Both the position numbers and the translations under genes were made by a program. Positions 55,826 through 64,000 of a DNA stretch of 64,000 nucleotides are shown in pieces. Source of the stretch: the human T2T-CHM13v2.0 reference genome, Homo sapiens. The stretch lies in the NCBI RefSeq assembly GCF_009914755.1, contig NC_060928.1; one strand, 5' to 3'. A model generated the notes under the pieces. That model made no database searches, had not been told where the DNA came from, and saw nothing but the letters and a program-made list of their open reading frames with translations. Within the stretch, counting starts at the first letter, position 1. Each line of letters opens with the position of its first letter.

Positions 55826-56427
55826 GAGAGCATTATCAACATAATGTCTTTTTAAATTTGATTCTCATTTTGAAGGGTTTTTGCAGACCTGGGTTATATT
55901 TACAAGTTTTCAGGGCAAATGTGTTATGTCTCCATTAGGTGCCAAATTCTAATCAAGCAAGTTCATCCCCAAGTCATAGTTACACTCAAGATAGAGCATT
56001 CTGGGAAAGAGAAGTAATTGTTGAGTAGCCCTTCCTATCATGAATGGAAAGAGAAAACAAAAGAGTTGAAAATAGAAGTAAAAGTAAGAAAATACAGTGA
56101 AATGGATGGAATATTTAGTGAAACAAAGAAAAAGAGTGACAGCAAGGAAAGAGACAGAATTCTAAAAGGAGACCATAACAAGGGAATGGAAAAAAGGCTA
56201 TAAAAAGTAGTACAAAGAGTAGGCACATCCCTAAGAGGATCAGTAATGGGTACATATTGAGCTACAAGAAGAAAAAGAAGGAAAGTTACTTATGTATAAC
56301 TTCTAGCGCATGCCCGGCACTGTCCATGCATATTATCAATGTTAGTTCGTTTAGTCTTCTCAGTGGTGTTGTCAGGTAGATATTTTCATCTTCACAATAG
56401 CCCACTATTTGATATTTTCTGAATCTA

Positions 56428-56647
56428 AAGCTGCACTGTTAAAAATGGTAATAATGACTGCCACACATGGCTATTTAAATGAATAAAAATTAAATAAAAT
56501 GAAATTTAGAAAAATTAGAAAAATTTAGTTTCTTATCTGTACTGGCTACGTTTCAAGTGTTCAGTAGCTGCATGTGGCTAGCAGCTCCCTATCTGGATAG
56601 TGCGGACTGAGAGCATTTTCATTATCACAGAGACTAGCAGTCCAGCA
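56428..56647 (-). mobile_element. MER3/MER33-family hAT MITE
   Basis: catggctatttaaat...tttcaagtgttcagtagctgcatgtggctag...cattttcattatcacag. Confidence 0.75.
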
Positions 56648-57107
56648 TTTATCTAATGTGGTTCTTCAAAGAAATTCTTAATAAATAATTTCTTACAATT
56701 CTGGCAAGGTATTGTATCTAGATGTTCCTTAATTTGCAAGTTTTATGCATAGAAGAATATACATCTTATAGCAAGCTTGCTAAAAGTGTTTAGCGTACTA
56801 TTTAAAAAGTTAATATAATGTCTTCAAATACTTGAAAGGCAAGAATAATTTAAATAAATTTAATTTTTTGCTAAATCAGGCAAGTGTGAACTAGCATGTA
56901 AAAAGGCATATAAGCTTAAGTGATCTGAGACGTAATAAAAAACAAATACACACATATACCCACTTACAAATATTTGACAGTTCTCAACAAGATTCCGGAG
57001 AAAAGTTAATTCCTTCAAAACACACAATATCTTTATAGGGCTTAAAAATAAGACAGTAACCATTATTTTTTTCCTTAATGATGAAGAATTCAATAAAGAA
57101 AAGTAAT

Positions 57108-57670
57108 ATATCCAGTAATAGGATTTCTCAGTTGAATGGTCCAGACTGCTTTCCACAATGGCTGAACTAATTTACACATGTACCCAAAAGAAAACAAATC
57201 ATTCAACCAAAAAGACTCATGTACTCCTACATTCATCGCAGCACTATTCACTATAGCAAAAACATGAAATCAACCTAGCTGCCCATAAATGGTGAACTAG
57301 ATAGAGAAAATGTGATACATAGATACCATGGAATAGTATGCAGCCATAAAAAGAATGAAATAATGTTCTTTGCAGTAATACATATGCAGCCGGAGGCCAT
57401 TATGCTAAGTGAATTAATGCAGGAACGGAAAACCAAAAACTGCATATTCTCATGTATAAGTAGAAGCTAAACAATGAGTAATCATGGACATAAAAGATGG
57501 CAACAATAGAAACTGGGAACTACTAGGGCTGGGAACAAGGGGTGAAAAACTAGCTCTTGGGTACTATGATTATACCTGGGGAATGGAATTATTTGCACAC
57601 CAAATTTCAGCATCACACAATATAGCCAAACCTATACATGTACTCCTTGAGTCTAAAATAAAAATCAGAA
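57108..57670 (+). mobile_element. L1PA/PB 3' end with a 5' inversion
   Basis: About 57108-57177 is antisense L1 (ttccacaatggctgaactaatttacac); 57178 onward is sense (tacccaaaag...catcgcagcactattcac...taaaataaaa). Confidence 0.85.
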
Positions 57671-58919
57671 AAAGGAAATGTAATAGTTTTAACCTGATGT
57701 TTTAATTTTTATTCTAAACATTTAATTATATATTATTATTAATTATAACGAGTATCTTCCCTCATTTAAGTGGCACATGTGTTGTTCTTTCAACATTTTT
57801 TTGCTTTGCTACTTTATGATATTAAAACATCTAATGTATAATTCCAAAGAGTATTTTTCTTTTTACTTTTAACTTTTAAATCAAAGTTAAGAGCTTTTAA
57901 GGGATACTTAAAGTAGCTCCCTCCCATCTCCTCTCTGTATATTTAAACACAGAGAATTCTGATGACAATAAAAAGATACATAAACAAAATTGTATGGTAT
58001 TTTCTATGACAAAATATATTTGACTTCCTTTTCACTACGTTTAAGCAAGAAACAACAAAGTATCATCTGGTACAGAGGCTTTAGAAAATTATTATGTCAC
58101 ACTTTACTTTTCAAACTGATTGTTCAAAAAGAAAGTCTTCAGACTGTACAGAACATCAAGAATCATTACAAGAGGAAACTGCAAACCTTTTAAAGGAAAA
58201 AATCATTGTAAACTTCCATCAGGGGAAAGACACTGGGCAAGATGTTGTCAGCGTCTCTAAACTCCAGAGGACAAGGCCAACTCTTACATCAGCGAATAAA
58301 TAGATAATAACTGAGAAGTTCAAGGTGTCTCTAAAATCAATTATTTTCCTCTTAAATCCTGTCAACTATCTTAAATCCTGTAGACTACCATGAACTGAAA
58401 TACTCATGGGAAGAACACCAAGTACTAAATCTGTTCATGTCTATAACTGGCATTCACAGAAAACTGTCTCTAACTTTATTCTTTCTTTTGGCAATTCTTA
58501 AAGAATTGGTGATATCATCATGACGGCACTCGGGAGTTGGAGGAAGAACAAAGATTGTGCTTTGTTGCTTAACGACACCATTCCTCTACCCATCCAAACC
58601 CACAACTTTGTATCTTAGCTCTTCTTTTTACCAAGAACTTATAAAGGATGAATCCTAAATTTTCTGTTTTTAGTCATAGAAAATCCATAAATTTATGACC
58701 ACAGTAGGGTCTCATTAAAAATCATCCAAATGCCAAGAACAGAATGTAATACTTTATGCACCAGTTCTTGAAAAAAAAATCCCTAGACACCTATCTACAA
58801 GTTTTCTGAAATTCTTTAAGTAAACTCTGATTTTGGTTCTATTTAGAAGACACTATGTCTAAATACTCCGGAATGTGCTACGGAAATACTTTGAATTCCA
58901 CACAGTGATTTTTTACTTA

Positions 58920-59290
58920 ATTTTTATTAAGGTATATCATAACATCAGTAATGTGTACTAATCTTAAGTATAAAGCACAATGAAATTTTACATTCCTATA
59001 TACCATCTGTGCACCCAGATTAAAATATGCACCATCTTCCCCACCCTAATATGATTTTCCCCTTCCCAGTCAATTCCTCTTCCTAAGAGGTAACTACTAG
59101 TGAGACTTCCATCACCTTCCGTTAATTTTGCTTGTTTTAAAATTTCATACAAATAGAATAACAATAAACACACTTTGTGTATCTGGCTTGTTTCATGCAA
59201 ACTTAGGTTTTGAGTTTCATCCATGTTGTTGCCTATATAAGTTCTTTTTCAAATTTCTGGTAAGCATTGAGTATATCGTTTATCAGTTGG
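58920..59290 (-). mobile_element. L1ME 3' end
   Basis: tactaatcttaagt...cccttcccagtcaa...ttaattttgcttgttttaaaatttcatac...ttcatccatgttgttgc. Confidence 0.7.
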
Positions 59291-60562
59291 GGTGTTTATT
59301 TTTTTCACCCAAGAGAGAAATTTTTACTTTTAAAATTTCCGTTGTTTTGGGGGTGGGGAACGCTAAATGTTTTTGATTAGACCTCTGATTCCGGAAATCT
59401 CACAGACTTACAGATTTGACAATCCTATTTCAGGAAACTGTTGAAGCATCAATGATAGTTCTTTGCAGAGTTTTGATAGACTTCTCATTCAATTCAACAT
59501 GTCACCTTCAAGTTTCTCTAAACTTTTCCTCTGAATCCATCCCTCAAAAAGTTAAGAATGTCACCATTCTTAGTGGTGACATTCTTAGTAGTAGAAACGC
59601 ACCCTCAACATGCCAGAGTCTATCCGGTATCAAAGCTATGACACATTGTTGTCATCTGTGTTTTTCCCCACTAAACCAAAAAGGTGGGCCTATATATTTT
59701 TTCACTTTAAATTGCTAATGTGGAGATCTCTGCTAGGTACAAAGCAGACACTCAGAAATATTAAAGTGATATGGTAATAAAAGTCAAACACATTTCAAAA
59801 GCCTGTAATTTACTTCATATTTTATGATTTTAATTCATTAATATGTTGAATGGTTGTATTTTTAGATTACTATGGCTGTTTGTGTATTTTTAGAAAAGTA
59901 ACCATTCCCTTTTTAATCCTCAAGCAGCTTTTGCTGTAACTGCAGTGTTTTTTACAGGAGGCTTTTTAAGAGGTTTTCTGTATCCGAGAGAAAATATATG
60001 AAATTGGAAAGCAAAGGTAACTTTGAATGTACATTAGACATATTCGATTCTTGAGAGAAAATCATCAACCAAAATTTCACTTGACTGGCCCAGGGCTTAT
60101 ACTCTGTAACTTTGCACATATTGCTACCAGGGACTTATTGCATTTATAAAAGAAAGATAGATAACAAAATGTTGTTCTTTCCTGTGGTGAGAATGCTAAG
60201 CATAGATCAGTCAAGGTATCTAGGTGCTTTGTTCTAATCACAGTGAATGTTATGTTACAGAGAGTTATTATCCTGACTATTCTAATAGTGATTTAGAACT
60301 TTGCTTTCACATCGCAGAAATGACTTCTGATGGCACACTCAAATGATAAAAAAGGTACTCATTCACTGTCTGACTCACCCTTATCAAGCCTCATCCTAAA
60401 GAGTTTCCTCTGACTCCCTGTATATTTAAATCTGTTGAATTCTTGCTGAAATACACTGGTTGGAATTTCTGGAAGGAGCAGTTCACACGGTTACACACAT
60501 CATTGGGAAGTTATTTGTGACTATTTTAAAATAATATTGTCTCAATGTAAAACATATTATTA

Positions 60563-60861
<299 letters not shown>

Positions 60862-61704
60862 TGTAAAACATATTATTACGGAGTATACTCATTCACCATC
60901 CTGAATCCATAGGTGTCTTTAAACTTTGCATTTTAATTAAATGCTTTAGCTTTGCAAGCATATTCTCTTTCATGTAATACTATGTACACAGCTCAAGCAT
61001 AGTGCCCACTTGAGATTATGATATTGATAATAAAAGGTAGTAGGGATTTTTACCTAGAGCTAAAGTCAGTTATTTTTTTCTCTCACTGTAATGATCTTTT
61101 GCATCTTTTGATTTCAATTCCATGTGGATTTGGAGAGGAAAAAAAAAAGGAAAATACAGTGTTTGATCCCAATAGTCAAGAGTATACTTTGGCAAAATAT
61201 TTCTATATCGGTATATTCTTAAAGTTACACAAATATAAGACCATCTTAGAAGAATTGCTTGAAATCACTTGTAAACCAAGCACTGAATTTCTGACTTCTG
61301 CAGCTGAAACAACAGCTGCTTCAAAGAGCATGCTTCTTAAGACATGTGACATGGCAGGCATGTTTTTATTTATTTATTTTTCGCAGTATACCCTTTCTTT
61401 TCTAGACAAGTTAAGGCTTAAGGTTCACTCTTGACTGAGAAAAAATAATTCTTGAGAAGCAGCTCTTGAGTCAAATAGATCACAGTGAAATGATCTGTTA
61501 AAGAACTGTCATTATAGAACTACAACAAGACTACTCATAGACATCTTCACTTGCTAATAAAACCATATTCCCACAAGCCTCTCACATTTTCATAATAAGC
61601 AACCACCATCTAGAGACATGGTTCACTTTAGAACTCAAAACAGAAACTTTTAAAAAGCAAGCACACCAAATACCTCCATTTTTGAGCCACAGCCAATTTC
61701 CTAC

Positions 61705-61886
61705 AGCACTGGCTTTCTAAATGTGGTTCTCAAAACAGCATTAATATCATATGGGAACTTCACAGAAATGCAAATTCCCAGGCTCCATCCCAGACCTACT
61801 AAAAGACTCCTGGGCTGGGGACAAATGATACTTTTTAACAAGCTCACTGGGGGATTCTGATGCACACAAAAGTTTGTAAACCACTG
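61705..61886 (+). mobile_element. MER5A
   Basis: agaaatgcaaattcccaggctccatcccagacctact...ttttaacaagctc...gattctgatgcacac aaagtttgtaaaccactg. Confidence 0.85.
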
Positions 61887-62529
61887 TTCAATAGAAATAT
61901 TGAACTAAAAGAATATGAAAATATCTGGAAGAAGACTCAGTGGTCTATAAGTAAACTCTATATTAAGCAGAATCACCAGACTAAATCAATGTTTGTCACC
62001 TCTTGTGAGAAAAATAAAAGACCAAATACGAGAAGTTTTATCTCTGAGAGACCTACAGCTGTAATGAAATGACATTCCATGCAAAGCTGAATCAATCATC
62101 CATAGAATAGAGAGCCAAAATTTATGCAAATGCCTACTAGTGGGTGCATTAAAACCATAAAACTGTAGAAATGACTTCACTTGCACCTCACCATTTTTCA
62201 CGGCATTCCCTTTTAGACATCTCTCTCACCTGTCTTCATTTGCACCCACATGTACTACTCTCATTGTTCTTAGTCTCCTGTGTTTCAAATTCCTCACTTA
62301 AAAGACAGCTTTTGAAAATTTCAGTGATTGCAATCTCGAAATGAGACTACAATAAAGTTATGTACTCCTAAGATGCTCTTAAATAGTTTATTTTTTTCAT
62401 CTTTGGATAATGGCTCCCATACATTAGCTACCTGCATAATCCATGAAGGCAAGATAGAATTCTGTATATATGATATATATACATATGTACCCACATGTTT
62501 TAAGAGTCAAGTGTTTGGAAAACTATAAG

Positions 62530-62773
62530 CTTCTCCTTAACCTGTATTGATATTGATTAGAATTATTTTCTAAAATTAAGAGCCCTATACCTACCTGTAA
62601 ATCTTTTCACATATCATTTAAACGTTGTATTATTATTGTTAATTTACAGCTTAGTTATTAATTTTTCTTTATAAGAATGCCATAATTGTGCATGCTTTTA
62701 TGTTTTTCAGAAATGGATGTGTTTGGATGAAAGTAAAAGAAATAAAATATTTCACTGTCTCTAAAAAAAAAAA
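62530..62773 (+). pseudogene. 5'-truncated processed retrocopy of an mRNA 3'UTR end (resembles PTGES3/p23 3'UTR)
   Basis: Non-repeat AU-rich tract ending AATAAA (62741-62746), then 16 nt, then A11 (62763-62773); ttacagcttagttattaatttttctttataagaatgcc...gtgtttggatgaaagtaaaa...tttcactgtctct matches my recollection of the PTGES3 3' end (unverified). Confidence 0.6.
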
Positions 62774-64000
62774 CATTCAACAAGTTTATAGTTGATACAA
62801 GATTAAAAAATGAGTTTTAAGAGACATGAATGCAAAAAACTTTAAACTCAAAACCAAAATGGTAGCAAAGCAAAATTTGGCATGGCACTTTTGAGCCCCA
62901 AACATTAAATTTAGCTTGTCCTACTGCACAGAAGTAGCAGCATGAAAAATAACAAGTGCTAAATGTTAAATTTTAATTTGATGTTCCTGAATGAAAGTAA
63001 ACATGTGAGAACATCAGGCTCCAACGATAGGCCATTATGCTCCAAATTTTCCTTATGTTGTAGAAGACACAGATTTGAAGTGATTGTACCATATTGCCTC
63101 TTTAAAAATGCAGACCTTGGTGTATTCCATGCCACAACATTAGTTGCTCTGACACGATAAAATAATTATGATCAATGCTGTGGATTTCAATGGTCACGAT
63201 ATCTACACAAACACTAGGCTCAGCTGCAGAATCCCCTCTTCTCTTGTTCTCTTACCTTTGCCAAAATACTCTACCCCAATTTTTTTGTGAGGACTCAAGG
63301 ATTCTCCTTCTTTTGTCAGCATATTAGACATCTTGATTCTCCAGAGATCTTAATTCTAGTTTCATTCTATCCACTATCTCAGGGAAGATATCCTCTACAC
63401 TTGGATCTGCCTGTTCTTCAGAGGATGGTTGGATTTTCTGTTAGTTCATGCACTAAACTTATCAAGGAGGAGTTGTGTTCTTATTAGGTGCAGGCCTGAA
63501 GCATCAAGGTGTAGGTTTAATTTAGAAGTTTCACAATAAGAACTCAATTATTGGGAAATAAACATGCTGTTTTCTCCCAAACAACATTATAAGCAATACA
63601 GTCAAAGTGCTAATCACCATCTGTCTGACATCCTTCTTTTATTTCTCAGTTGGCTCCACATTCTGGGTAAGAGGGACTAATGGGAGGAATGGGAGCATGA
63701 TTAGGAACCCTCATAAATCTCAAAAAAGGAAACAAAGTCAAACTGAACACTGAAGGAAAGTCTCATCTGAAAGACTCTCATCTCAGTGCCAATCCCTTTC
63801 TTTCCACCCAGCTTCTTTTCTTTTCTTGTTAATTGCGGGAATCTTACCCTTTTGGATAAATTACTTCCCTCCCACTCTAGCCATGTGGCTCCAGTGGGGG
63901 CTGCTAATACTGGTACCCATCTCTCACCTTGGCCACTGGAGTTAAGTAAACCATGCTGTGACAACTTACAACCTTTATTAAGAATATTTTATTGGGGAGG

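Noticed and set aside
61018-61434. 138-aa ORF in unique sequence
   Set aside because: Composition is typical of translated AT-rich DNA, including a poly-A-encoded KKK; no homology recognised and no exon structure.

Overview
AT-rich primate genomic DNA, most likely human and intergenic or deep-intronic. It is not microbial. I see no protein-coding exon, CpG island, rRNA, tRNA, snRNA or CRISPR array. Every ORF in the supplied track is explained by Alu, L1 or LTR sequence, simple repeats or chance. A large part of the window is recognisable interspersed repeat: about 13 Alu/FAM copies (most with readable target-site duplications, TSDs), old L1M and L1PA/PB fragments, L2/MIR, MaLR LTRs, four ERV solo LTRs (LTR22/HML-5, LTR40-like, LTR52/41-like and a well-preserved LTR2/HERV-E), and DNA transposon fossils (MER20 x2, MER63, Tigger2a x2, MER2, MER3, MER5). 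The most notable items are the intact HERV-E LTR2 with promoter, splice-donor and HRE motifs, a polyadenylated 3'UTR retrocopy fragment resembling PTGES3, a twin-primed 5'-inverted L1, several candidate + strand non-coding exons, a perfect 14-bp hairpin with a template-switch signature, and a cluster of p53/p63-like half-sites. I found no convincing evidence of a new biological system. Subfamily names come from remembered consensus sequences, and boundaries without a TSD are approximate.
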